Origin: the human T2T-CHM13v2.0 reference genome, Homo sapiens
Direction: 5' to 3' (one strand)
DNA length: 64,000 bases
NCBI RefSeq assembly: GCF_009914755.1
Contig: NC_060935.1
A model generated the notes under the pieces. That model ran no database searches. It had not been told where the DNA came from and saw nothing but the letters and a program-made list of their open reading frames with translations. Each line of letters opens with the position of its first letter. Positions within the stretch are counted from its first letter, which is position 1. Shown one piece after another: positions 44,175 through 59,077 of the stretch. Position numbers and translations under genes: made by a program.

Positions 44175-45449
44175 TAATATATACAATATGATCTTATTTT
44201 TTGATATGATCTATTATGAAATACTTAAAATTATCTTTAAACAGATATTACTTTAGAGGGTTATTGGCATCTATATTACATGAGGCAACACATTATATAG
44301 AGTTGCACATAATATGCACTCAATAAATGTGTATATTACTATTGTATTATTGCTTGTACTAACTCTTATGTGTAGTCTGCTTTCTCTTATAGAAATCTGT
44401 GCAGATGCAGGACCATCACCTTTGCCATGTGGTACTTTCTTAGCCTGTGCATATCTGAAAAACATAAACATGCTTAGCAGTATGAGGTAAGAATTAATTG
44501 CACCAATAAAAATTCATTGGGCCAAACGGAATTTCAACAGACTGAAAGATTCTTAGATGTTTTCTGGAAGGCTAAGTTGACTTAAGAATGCGTATGAAGA
44601 AATAATCTGTAAAAAATACTACAGGCCAATCGGCATCTGGAATCATGAAAATATTAATGATTCTTCCCAAGCCATATATTCTGGAAAATTCCAACTAATG
44701 AATGCACAGCCACATTAGCAAGCAGGAGACATGAACAGTGGATAGACACCATTTTTCTCCTTTGAACAACTCATGAACTGAATGTGAGTTGAAAGTAAGA
44801 AATACTAAGTGTGTTTTCTAAGGAATTCCCACATACTTTAAATAAAGACTTCTGGATCCACAAGACTTCATTTTGTGACACAGGGGTTCACAGATCAAAC
44901 AGTTCAGAAAAGCTTCAAACTTCACTAAAAGCCTAGAAAGATCAGAAAGGATGAAGGGAGTTCACTGCCCAATATCTGCTCCTGAGGATGGGAGTAGGAT
45001 AATGCATATATAGTCGATTAACTAGGAGGGATGGTGAGACATAGAAGAAATCAGAGTCTAGGCTAAATATCAGGGCAGCATCTTGGCAATGAAAGCTCCT
45101 GCCTTTGGAACACTCCCCTAAGGGAAACAGGAGATGCTGCTGCTTCATAAAAAGAATTAAATTGCCTAGATAAAAGCACGAGCGTGCACTGAGTGATCTC
45201 TTGCCCTTTAACTAGGACTTCGGACATACATAGTACTTCAAAATTGTTTGTTTTAATGCAGAATCATCTGAATGCACAGTAAACCAATGCTAAAGCCTGG
45301 CTAGAATAGATCGTCCTACAGAATTTGATAATCTTGGAATTAGGGGGGACCTTAAAAAATGCACTTATTTATGAAATACAGATACTGCTTCCTATGTACA
45401 GGCCAGGTACAATTTTAAACATGTTTTTATAAATAATAAGTCAATCACA

Positions 45450-47000
45450 GTTGGCAGGATAATGGAATAGGAGGCCCCCTGCTCATATACCCACACAGCA
45501 AGAAGCATTTGGCAGCCATCCACTGATAGAAGTGCCTCAGTGGGAGCTTTGGGATCTAGGGAGCAGATTTTAAAATTCTGGTATAGGCCAAAACCAAGGA
45601 GGCTCATTTTAATAGGGCAGGCCCACACTTGGGTGGCAATTTTGCTGACTATGGAGTAAGCCATTGATCAAAAATGAACGCATCCCCTGTGGACCCAGCT
45701 ACAATCCTGTTTCGCCTTGGTCCTGCCACCAGAACCATCCTCCAAGGAGGAGTCATGCTCACCCATGCCTAAAGTGACAGGTCCACCAACCACAGGCCTG
45801 GCAGCAGACGCTGAAGTACCCCTGTAACTCAGCTCTAGCCCCTCATCTAGTCTGAGACCAATCATGCCCGCCCAGAGACCTGCTGGGAGACACACCCATC
45901 TGTGCCCTGGGAAGTAGGCTTGCTACCCTCAGTCCCATAGCAGACCCTGAAAAAGCTCTAACTTGGCTCTAGCCCCTATAAACTGCAGTCTGAATGCAGT
46001 CCTGCCCACCCAGGAACCTGCCAGGAGTCACACTGTATGTACCCTGGGAAGCAGGCTTGCTGAACTCCATCCCACAGCAGATCCTACGACAGCTCAGAAA
46101 TTTGTCTCCAGTGCCCTTCAATTGTGATCCGTGATCAGTTCTGCCTGTCCAGGAACCTGGCAGGAGATACGCCCATCTGTGCCTCCAGAGGCAGGTCTGA
46201 GACATGAGGCTGGGCTGTAGACCCTGAAGCAGCCCTGTAACTCAGTTCTAGCTCCTCTTATCTGCAGTCTGGGGCCAGTCTTGCCCACCCAGGGTCCCAC
46301 CAAGTGACCCTTCCCAGGAACCAAGAAGAAGCCACACCTGTCTACAGACCTGGTAACAGGCCCATTTTCTGCAGACCTTGAAGTGGACCCTTGTACCAGT
46401 ACCAGCCCTACTGACCAAGATCCTGGAAGTCCAGTCTGCCCAGGGACCAAACAATATTCACGCCAGCTCGAGCCCCTGGTAACAGGCCTGCCAACCACGA
46501 ACTGTGATCTGGAGGCAATCCCATCAGCCCTGGGACCCAACAAAAGCAGAAAACCAATGCATCCACAAAATAAGATATTTAATAAATAAATAGAAATCAT
46601 AAAAAAGAACCAAACAGAATGACAAATTTATTATCTCACTTATAATGTAGAATCTTGGAAAGTCAAACACATAGCATTGCCAGGGCCTGGGGGTGGGGGA
46701 TATGGGGAGGTGTTGGTCAAAGGGTACAAACTTTCAGTTTGGGAAGCTAATGTACATCATGGTGACTATAGTAAATAATACTGTATTGTTGACTTGAACT
46801 TTGCTAACAGAGTAACCTAATGTTGCTTAATGCATACACACACATACACACACACCGGTAACAATGTGTGGTGATGGATGTGTTGATTACTTTGATTGTG
46901 ATGATCATTACCCAGTGCATACATACATCAAATCATCATGTCGTATACCTTGAATATATACAATTTTTGTCAATTACACCCTAATAAATCTGGGAAAAAA
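45450..47000 (+). mobile_element. Internally deleted L1MA9/L1M3-like element (5' UTR and ORF1 stub joined to the 3' end)
   Basis: GC-rich 5' UTR with repeated monomers, then AAATAGAAATCATAAAAAAGAACCAAACAGAA, then an L1MA 3' UTR ending AATAAATCTGGGAAAAAA. Confidence 0.65.
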
Positions 47001-48897
47001 CTCAATCCCCATAAGAACTCTATGAGGTACATGATATTAGTACCAGCACTTTACAAGTGGGAAGACTGAAGAACAAGAGTATAAATAACTTTGTCTTGGT
47101 AGCATAGCTGCTTACTGGTGGAACAGAGACTTGACCCCAGGAAGTCTGGACCCAAAGTCTGCATCCTAAACCTTGCAAATGCATTGCCTTTTATCTTGGT
47201 AGGCATTCAGTATTGCTTTTTCTAGATAGGAAAGACTGTATTAGTACATATGAACATCATGCATAACATTTATTCTAAAAAAGAATTTGACTCACAATCT
47301 TGATTCTGGGAATATCTGATTTTACTGAAAGATTATTTGCTAATTACTCTTCCCAAATCTTATGAATAGGATGAATGAAGCAGGCACAATTTGAGGCGTT
47401 TTGTATTTAATACTATTTTACTGCCTACCATATTTTCACCCAATCTAAATATGCAAGGCCCAAATCAGCAAATTTTCCACATCCATTGTTCCCACTTCCA
47501 GTTAGTATTGACATTATATATTACATTTTTTTGTATCTTCTATAACCAATCGAGTTCATTCTCTCTTCTCCCCGTTCTTTCTGCTCCACTGAGGTTCAAA
47601 AGCCCATTCCTGGTTTATTGTAGAACCGCCCTAAGCATTCTCTCCCTCTCCTATCTGCCTGTTTTAGCCATAGCAGAGATTGCTGGTTAAGGAGACTTGG
47701 GAAGGTGTCGGCTCAGCAGTTTCCAGGCATGGCAAGAAGTGTCCTGAGGCAGAGGCACAGTTAGATGGACAGGGACCAAAATGAGATCACTCATGGTGCT
47801 GAAGCAAAAGCAAGTCCAGGGTTTAGATCAAGCAACAACATTGTACAGTTGAACCCAAGGGCACATGTATCCTGAAGCTAAGTAACTCAATCTTCAGAGT
47901 ATCTCAATGGTACAGGTCTCTTTCCAAGTCTTGGGAGAGACTGTAGCAAAGGTCCCTAAAATTATATAAGTGCAAAAATCCAAAACCTAAATCTTCTCAT
48001 TGAAGCTATGGCTTTAATCACACCTTCAAGGTGGAATTTGGTTCAGCTATTTAGAAAATTGGAAACCAGATAAAATGCATATCTGGTGTCCTAAAGCCTG
48101 CCTCACTCCACCTTTGAGGAAATCTTACTTTGTTTTATAAATTATTGAAGCTAACCTGAGTTTGAGATAGATCTTATTCTTTTCCTAAAAGCATCCAGGA
48201 ATAAAAATGATTTGCCAGGATTTTGAGTCCTAGCCTAGGGTCAGTGTGCATGAGGGTCACTCATAGCATGGCATGAGAACAACTGAAAGATGCATGGCCT
48301 GTTCATCAGGACTGTCCAAGAGGTGGAAGTAACTGGGAGCGGACAATGTAGTGAATTTAAGCAACTCCTGTAAAGAGAAGAGGTCTGATGAAAAGTGTGA
48401 CTCCAGCCCTCAGCCAACATTGTTTTGCTGGTGAAATTCAGCTGATAAGAAGGATACTTTGAGGAGGAGAAAGAATTAGCCAAGAGCACCCAGTAGCATG
48501 ACAGGAGTGTGGGAGAAAGGGAGAAGCTGTTCCCCTCCCTGTCACTTGGGGAGTTAAGAGGGTGAGGCAGTGAATGGGAAGGTACATCAGATTTCCAAGA
48601 ACAAAGGTTCTTGAGACTATGCGGCAGCCTCAGATCCTTCTTCCTCCCAGCTGCCCCAAGGATTCATTGCCAAGCCAGCAGCCACTCTGAGCTCCTGAGA
48701 AAAAAAGCATCGCAGAACCTCAGAGCTGGCTGAGCTGCATGGCTAGACATTCAACAGTGCCATGGTGAGCCACAAACCGAGAAGGTCAGGGTGGAGGAAG
48801 CACTTAGAAAAATGGGTTTGAGAATATAGAAAATGAACAATGAATAAAGCTCAGTCTTTGGGAGGTGATCAGGGTGAAAAAGATGGGAGTAAGAGTT

Positions 48898-49318
48898 TGT
48901 ATTATGCTGTTCTTGCATTGCTATAAAGACATACCTGAGACTGGGTAATTTATAAAGAAAAGAAGTTTAATTGGTTCATGGTTCTGCAGGCTGTATAGGA
49001 AGCATAGTGGCATCTACCTCTGGGGAGGCCTCACGAGGCTTCCAATCATGGTGGAAGGCAAAGCGGAAACAGGCACATCACATGGCAAGAATGGGAGCAA
49101 GAGAGAGAGAGTTTGGTTGCAGAGAAGGGGGAAGCGGGGCAGTGCCACACACTTTTAAATGACCAGATCTCACTAGAATTCACTGTCACAAAGACAGTGC
49201 CAAGCCATGAGGGATCTGCCACCATGACCCAAACACCTCCTGCCAGGCCCCACCTCTAGAATTGGAGACAACAATTCAACACGAGCTTTGGGCAGGGACA
49301 AATATGCAAACCATATCA
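48898..49318 (-). mobile_element. MST-type (MSTB-like) MaLR solo LTR
   Basis: TGTATTA...AAACCATATCA; TSD GAGTT. Confidence 0.9.
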
Positions 49319-49758
49319 GAGTTGTAGGTCTGAAGTGCCAAGTGAAACTCAAGTGTCAGGTTCAGGGAGTCATAGCAGAAAGAGCCTGACCATACTGGGA
49401 TCTTGGTGTCACTCCTAAATTTAACTGGGGCTTTGCTTAAGTTTTGGCCGTTATTTTTTTTTAAGGTATTTCAGTTTATAAACAGGGACTTCTATCTTTC
49501 TCCCCATTCCTTTATTCTAACTCGCTTTCTGCTTAGGATTCCATTCCCTTCTGGGACTTAATCCTACCCTGAACCTCAGCCCAATATCAAAGGCCAGCTT
49601 GTTTGATGTATTCACAGCCCCACTCAGGCAACTGAGGGCTCCATAATGTATTGGCTTACGGCTGATGATCATCCACTCCTGTAACTCCACATTAGCTATT
49701 AATACGTTCCTTGATGCTGTGTGCTATATGCCTGTCTGGAAGCTCCCATTCCATCTAG

Positions 49759-50180
<422 letters not shown>

Positions 50181-50626
50181 ACCCCTTCACTTCTTATACA
50201 ATCTGTACTACTACTGCCCACACTAAAGTATCATTTCAAGATATAACAGTAAGGATTTGGTGTAAACATAATCCTAAAACAAATGAATTCACCTAGAATT
50301 ATGTGTTGATAATGACAAGGAAGTTTATTAAAAAAAAAAACCCAGGTCACTACATAATACTATAGATAAAAGATTAATAACTCCATATATTCCTAATTAA
50401 AAGAAAGACTAAATAACAACTGATACATATTTAGAAGTAGTGGTTCATTTAGCAAGAGATGGTTCACATCTTTTTAACATAACTACTTCATAGCTGAGTG
50501 AAGTTTCAATCCAATCTGCATTTCAGAAAATTTTTTAAAAGGTTTATTAGGAGATTTCTACGTATCAGAAACGTATATGGTTCATATAAACCTGCAAGAT
50601 TTATATGAGAAAATGAACACAAACTG

Positions 50627-51058
<432 letters not shown>

Positions 51059-51829
51059 CTAGTTAACTTATTTTTATGGATACCTTAGTTACTAGCCAAC
51101 TAATTCCTTAATCTTATTATTATTTTTTTTTTTGCTTTAACCTTTGTTACTGAAAGTACTCATAAAAGATATTTGTCTATTTCTCTTTCAAACTTTCTGA
51201 GTCTTTTTAATGACACAGAACTTCAGAGGACTATAGGGTCATTATTCTGAACCTTTATGTTCACCTCAAATATAGAACATACAGAAAACTGGGCTGACTA
51301 GGATATGACTTAATAGTTTTGTTTACTTGTTAGTAAAATCCCTGATAATAGACTGTTTCTCCTTTGTGATTTGTCTAGTCTGATAAAAGCAGAGCATAAA
51401 AGCACTATTGATTAGGCATACCAATGAGCTTTTATTGGAGTTAGAAGTTAGGATGGAAAGAATAAAATACTGTGTAGATAAATGAAATGACCTACCTGGA
51501 AAAATTTTAATAACAAAAAGTTGGTAACCAGATTAATGGCTATAGAATGTGAGAATATCCTTTAAATAATATTCCTATAAATAAAATAGATGACATCATG
51601 CTTGATTTTAATTAATGCAAAGAATAACAAGGAAAATGGCAGACTGTTTAAAATGCTCCAATTCTGTCTATTTAGACAGTAATTCCCTTATCCATTCAAT
51701 AAATATTTATTTAATCAGCATTGCTATGTGCTAGGAAATGGGGAAACTGTGGGAAATAAGCAGACAGACTTCTCTCTTCATGGAACTTCCATGTTGATGA
51801 GAAAAACTGACATTGAAAATGTAACTGCA

Positions 51830-52221
<392 letters not shown>

Positions 52222-52919
52222 CTACTCTAGGGTAGGAATCAGGAAAATCTTCCTGGAGACAATGATTTTTAAGATGAAAACCAAAGAAAAAGTAAGATGT
52301 AGTAGAGGGGAGAAGAAAGCATTCCAGAAAGGGAAAATAACTAATATCATGGCCCTTAAGATCCTAGCATGTTTGAGGAGCCAAAAGTCCAGTAGGGCTG
52401 GGGGATCAGAGAGCTGAAAGGAGAATGATGCCTCTCTGGGCTCAGTCATTAGTCAGGGGCGAGAGCATTCAGGCCGCTGTACCATTCTTAGGATTCTGGG
52501 ATGTCATTGATGAGTTTAAAACCTGGAGTGATGCAATCAGATCTGTTTTGCAGAGATACTTTGCAATCTGAGGAATAGATGGGAGGGTAGCAAGACTAGA
52601 TGCAAGGAGACCAGTTAGGAGACTATTGCGGTACTCCAGGTGAGAGATGGCACCATTAGGATGGAAAGGGGTTGATGAATTTGAGAAATCTTGGAAAGGT
52701 AGAATTGATAGGATTTACAGACTGGCTGTGAGCAAAGAGTTAAGGATGTAAAAGGTTAAATGTGTTTACCAAGTGTCTGGACTGAACCTCTGGGGTTATA
52801 GTGCTGCCATCTACATTTGGAGTACTTTGGGATAAGATAATGCAGACTTTGAACCGCACTTCGTTTAGAAAATTTTAAGATAATATTCAAAATAGTACTT
52901 CCAATTTAAAACCAAATTC

Positions 52920-55400
52920 AAGACTACATTAACCTCTTTTATATTATACCTTTTTTTCAACTACACCAAGAATCCTGATTCCCAAGGACACAAGGGATGA
53001 TAGAATATTCCACATATATTCATTTACTTTATCCCACATTACAATCATTAACAGTCTCACTGTTACACTAATGCTACTGTTGCCTATGCAATTACTGAGA
53101 ATGGGTTTATTTTTTTTCTCCTTGTATTTTTTTTTGTAGTTACACCATATTCTGTCTGAACATTTGGCCATATACACTATACTCTCTCTCTTTCAAAAAC
53201 ACTTGTCTGAATTCTATAAGTAACTACATCTTTAATGCTACCACATGGCCTTATGTGGATGTTTCTCTAGTCATTTTGGTCATCTGGGGCACATTTTCTA
53301 GAAACTTCTTCATGAAGGGATCTTGGGAACTATTTCCCTGAGTTCTTGTATGTTGTTCACAGTTAATCTGCACCCTTTCTACTTGAATGTCAGTTTGCTG
53401 AATATAAAAATCATTGTCTAATATTTCTTTCCTGGAGTATCTTAAATATGTTATTCCATTTTCTGCTAGCAAAAAAACATTGCTGTCAAAAAAAAAGTCT
53501 GATGATAATTTACATTTCTTTGCCTTATAATTCACCTACTGGTTTTGCTTAGATGCCAAATTATTTTCTCTTTAAAATGAGTAATTTTACTAGAATGTGT
53601 CTGATGTTTGTCATTTGGGTTGATATTATTAGGTATTCCATGTACCATCAATATGTAGTTTTAAACGTATACATATTTTTAGCAGTTTTCTTGGATTGCA
53701 GTTCTTAGTATATTTTTCTGTCCTCTTGCTTTGTTTTTAATTTTTTTCCATAGATCTCAATTACCTTTATGTTGATTCTTCTTTGCCTGTTCACAATTGT
53801 TAACTTTCTAATTCTTTTTAAAATCTCTTCATTTTTAAAATTTTTTTACTTAGCACTCTCTAGTATGTTTCTTCTCTCTTGTGTGGATTTTTGTTCTTTA
53901 TTTCTAATACCTCAGTTCTGTTACCTCCTTTCTGAATTTTTCTCATTCTGGTGAATATTGCTCTTACATCATCTTTTTTTAAGTATTTTAGCTTATTTTG
54001 AAAAAGCTATTTCTTTACTTTTCTATTGCCTGTTTTCCTGTGAAATTAGTTTCTTTGAATTTTTAGGAGGTACATAGTCCAGGGTAACTTTCTAATGTCA
54101 CAAAGCTCCCTCTTCTGTCATTTTTGTACAGCAGTTTTGCTTCCCAAGACTTCCTGGCTCTGTGGCCCCTTTCCTTACCCCCTCAACCAAATCCTGTGTG
54201 GGAGGCTGAATGGTCTCCCAAAGATGTCTGTGCCTTAATCCCTGGAACCTGTAAGTATGTTACGTTACATGGCAAAAGGGACTCTGCAGATGTAATTAAG
54301 GTTATAGACTATGAAATAAAGTCTGGAGATATTTTCCTGGATTATCCATGTAAACTCAATCTAATCACATGAGCCCTTAAAAAGAGAAAACTTTCTCCAA
54401 CTGAAGGCAGGAGACGTAAGGCCGAATGAGAGATCAGAGAGATTGGAAACATGATAAAAACTGGACCCATGTGAGAAGGCCACACTGCTGCTGGCTTTGA
54501 AGATGAAGAGAGTCATGAACCAGAGAATGCTGCCAGGCCCTAGAAGCTAAGAATGATCCCCAGAACAGACAGCAAGGAAACAGAGACCTCAGTCCTTCAA
54601 CTACATGCTACAACATTCTGCCATCAGCCTGAATGAACATGGAAGTGAACTATTTCTAAAGTCTCTCAATAAGAGCCCAGACAGCTGATACCTTGGTTTG
54701 TGCTTCGTGCAACTCAGAACAGAGAAATCAGCCAGGCCCACCCAGACTGCTAACCTGCAGAACCGTGAGAAATACACGTATGTTGTTTCAAGTCACTAAA
54801 TTTGTGGCAGTGTTTTACACTAGTAATTTGAAAACAAACACATCCACTTTCATTTGAATGTTTTTTGTTTCTTTCCATCATCTTTATCACGCTTAATTTT
54901 GACTCCAACCCTCACTGTGAGGTCTAGTCCTAGAAAGGAGCCCTGAAGTCTCGGTTTTCAGATTCCTTAGAGCTAGACTGCTCCAACTCTGAGGCTAGAC
55001 TGCTCTCATGTTTAGAATTGACCATAAGCCTTGTGCACTTTGCTATTAGAGTGAGGAAAACCCTCCCAGTTTCAGCTGCTGTTCTCAGACTGCCTGGGCC
55101 TTCTAGTAAATATCTATTGCTGTGCGGAGCTAACCTGTTCTCAGTTTCTCAGATGCCACACTGAGCTTTCCTCTGAAGACACTTATTCCAAGCAGGCCTT
55201 TTGGCTACTGCTGACTTGCCTCATCAACGTTCATTTTGGGGTTGTGGAGACACCTTGTCACCAATTTTGTCATAAATATTGTCCATCATTTTTTGGTTTT
55301 ACTAAACAGTTACCTTGGCTGTTTATATGAGGGAATTTGAAGACATTTTTAAAAACTATGCTTCTTTTACCATCATCAGCATCTTTCCAGAATCCTGGGC
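52920..55400 (-). mobile_element. Ancient L1MC/MD remnant interrupted by an MLT1 LTR
   Basis: T-rich L1 ORF1/5' motifs on both sides of the LTR. Boundaries approximate. Confidence 0.55.
54195..54840 (+). mobile_element. MLT1D/E-type MaLR solo LTR
   Basis: CCCTGGAACCTGT...ACATGGCAAAAGGGACTCTGCAGATGTAATTAAG...AAGTCACTAAATTTGTGG. Confidence 0.85.
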
Positions 55401-57079
55401 CTAATCTAAACATACTTTAGAAAAATTGCTCATAAATATTATTATTAAAACAGGCCATATTTCAATCTTCTAATGGCAGTTGTCTTTATAAATAAATTTA
55501 GTAATAAGTTTCTGCATTAGGAGCGTTACATTAAAATATATTTAATTAAGTCCTAGGCCATCTGTTTTATGAATTTGGGAGTGTTTGTGAAAGGAAGCCC
55601 ACCTGTCTAGACATCAATGCTGGAGAATTGGCAGGTGGTGAAGGAACAGCCATTCAGAGTCAATCATGGAAGTTTCAATGGGAGCATTTGTTTTTATTAT
55701 GTAATTAATTATAGATTTGAAATACTAAATCATTTTTTAAACCTCTAGTTATGTCAAAATACAGCAAATAATTGAGCGAGTTATATAAGATTAAAAAGTT
55801 ATTCAAAAGTTCTTTAGCTTCTCTTAGCTGTGAACAACACATATGTGTAAAATTCCTGTTCTCTAGGAAATGCTGAGACAATTATCGCAGCAGTGGAAAT
55901 GAGGCAACACCAATGGGGTACACACAGAGAAGACTGCCTGAGGCCTCTGCTCTTCAGCTATGATAGGAAGGGCACAGGCAGAGCAAGAGCAGATGAGGAA
56001 ACAAAGCAATGCAGGGTCTAAGGAACATTGTGAGAGTTAAGCAGACTTAGGTACTCAGAGCAGGACATTAAATTACAGCAAATTAAATAATCTTCTGATA
56101 TTTTAATTTTTCTTAAAGACATGGAGGAAAAGAACAATGTGATATTCTTCACAGCGTATTTTTAAAGTATTTTATCCTTTGCATTTCCTGGGCATATGTA
56201 GTGTTAAATGACTGCATCCTACACGCTTGGAGTCTATGGAATTTCATTCTTGTTTAACTGTGCTGTTATATGTAATGTAAAGAGACATCCAAGGCAACTC
56301 AATGTATAATTCAGAGGTCACAGCCATTTATTTCATCAATGTGAAGATGTTAGAAAAAACATGTACACATAACTTAATATTAAAAATAATTTTCATGTAA
56401 GGAGTCCAGTTAATTCAGATATAATATTTTTTGTTCTGAAATACTGAAACAATTTGAGTATGAACTCTAAAGAAAGATGAGTTAAAAATCAAAATTTTTT
56501 GGTTACATTCCTTATTTGACCACCATTTTTGGTTTCTGTTGACTCAATTTTGTGAGTTTTTATTTTCTTATCTGTGGAGAGGAGATAAAGGCACGCAGGA
56601 ATCGTGAGGATTAAATATAACCTACACAAAAACCTGCAAGGAACTATAAAACCCTTTACATATGTAAACTTTTTAACTTAAAAGAGTATTTTGAAACTTG
56701 CTTAATGCATAGGAGAAACAAAATCAGGCTAGAAATGCAGCTACACAAGTCATCGTAGGCTAACAGAGTCAGGATGTGAAAACAAAGACAAACATATTTT
56801 ATGAATTAATAGAAAATGTATATTAATGTTCATAAGTAAAGAAATTTGGTTGGAACTTTTATGAGGCTAAAGGATTCTTTAGTTATATTAACCTTAGAAA
56901 TAAGTCCCTTTGATAGATAAAAGCCAGTCTTTTTGTTTTTTTCTATGATGAAAACATATCCAAAATGTTTAAACTCATTCAGCTCGCTGGTTATCTATCA
57001 TCCAATTATGTGAGGTTTTTGACAAAATGGAGTAGAAGAGTTATGATGCTTTAAACAAATAAATTTCTTCTTAAAATGA

Positions 57080-57316
<237 letters not shown>

Positions 57317-58539
57317 TAGGCCAGAGGCAGGCCGAGTGGATGGATATGGTAAGGGAATTCTCCATGGGCAATTTCTGATTAAGGGCTCCACACAGGCCTA
57401 CTTTTGCCAACTGCTGAAGAACACCTTGGAGGATATCAGGCTGGAGGATGCCTTCTTCAATTGCTATGCAGTGCAAAAGAAAAAAAAGTATTACATTATT
57501 AATTTTCTTAATAATTCAAGAGCTAAAGCTCAGAGCATGCTAATGTATATGCATGTTTAACATTGGTAACGACAATGGGCTCTCAAGAGGCTTACAGGGA
57601 GGACTCAAGCAGAGAGCCTCCAACCAAGAACCACCCTATTATCTTGAAATATATACTATGTCTAGAAGTTTGGAATATCTGTAAAATATCAGGCAACTCT
57701 TGGATAATTCAGATTGAAATCAGCAATTGTTAGGTCTAAAATGTAATTGGTAGAATGGCTGGCGCATTCTCTACTGGAAGAGAAAAAGAACTATTCCTAG
57801 ATAAATTTTTTTTAATAATTGAAAGAACTGAAATTAGAGCCATAATTGTACTTAATGTATTTATTGTGTCTTGATCTATAGTGTTTTGACTATTGTAATT
57901 TCAAGGATAGATGAGACACGGAGTAAAACAGAAGTGCAAGGTCTGTTGGGCACCTGCCTGTGGCAACCCGTCTAAATATGTAATAAATGAATACCAGGAT
58001 CAATTATAAATAGGGTGCTAATTAACTCCTCATGACTGAAAAAATGTACATTGGCCACTGTATTCAGACCCACTGATAAAGATAGTTCCCTTAAGTAAAA
58101 ATCTAAAATACATCTTTCTGGGACAGATCTAGTTTTGTTAGGTAGTTTTGCAAGTTTGTCTTGTGTAAATGCTGATTTCAGCTAGCTGATAGTCACTACT
58201 AAAGTCAGCAGTCAAACCCAACTGATATGCAGAAACCAAATGATGTATTTGGGTTTTGCATCCTGCATTTTACCCAGAATGAGTAATTAATTGTCTAAAC
58301 CATTTATCATGAATCCTAAAAAGCTACAGCATTAAAAAAAAAAACACAAGAAAACTAAAGAGAGAATAGTATCTACTAAAAAATAAGCATAATTTGCCAT
58401 TATGAAAGCCAGTGAATGAAACAAATTCTATCTTTATAGCTAAATTTATATAATCTATTATGCATAGTGAATGTGATATATATATAATTTTTAAATGAAA
58501 ATAAAAGACACATCTAAACATATTAAAATTCTATGAACT

Positions 58540-59073
58540 TCAGACTTCAACATAAGAGGAAAAACCTTAAGAAAACATGAGAAAATCTTTGTGACCTTAG
58601 ATTAGCAAAGGTTTCATAGATAGGATATTAAAAATATTAACTATTTTCAAAATTGGTAAACAGTTCTTCATTAAAATTATAAGCTTCTGCTCTTTGATAC
58701 TCAAGAAAATGCTAAAAACAAATTATAGACAGAAAATATTTACAAAATACATACACAGTAAAGAACCTCTATCCAGAATATATAAAGAATTCTTACAACT
58801 CAATTAAGACAAACAGCCCAAAACAAAGGGCAAGAAATGAAAACATACATATGTGAATGTCCTTAAGTATGTGAAAAGGTGCTCAACATAATTAATCAGG
58901 AAAGAGCTAATAAAGAAAGACTGACCACATCTAGTTTGGCAAGGATGTGGAACACCTAGAATTCATGCATTGCTGGTGGGAATGCAAAATGGTGTAACCA
59001 TTTTGAAAAGCACTTTGGCAATTTCTTATAAAGTTCAACTTACATGTACTCTATGACCATGCAATCCCACTCC
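58540..59073 (+). mobile_element. Old L1M ORF2 3' remnant
   Basis: ATCCAGAATATATAAAGAA and TTGCTGGTGGGAATGCAAAATGGT motifs. Confidence 0.7.
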
Positions 59074-59077
59074 AAGA

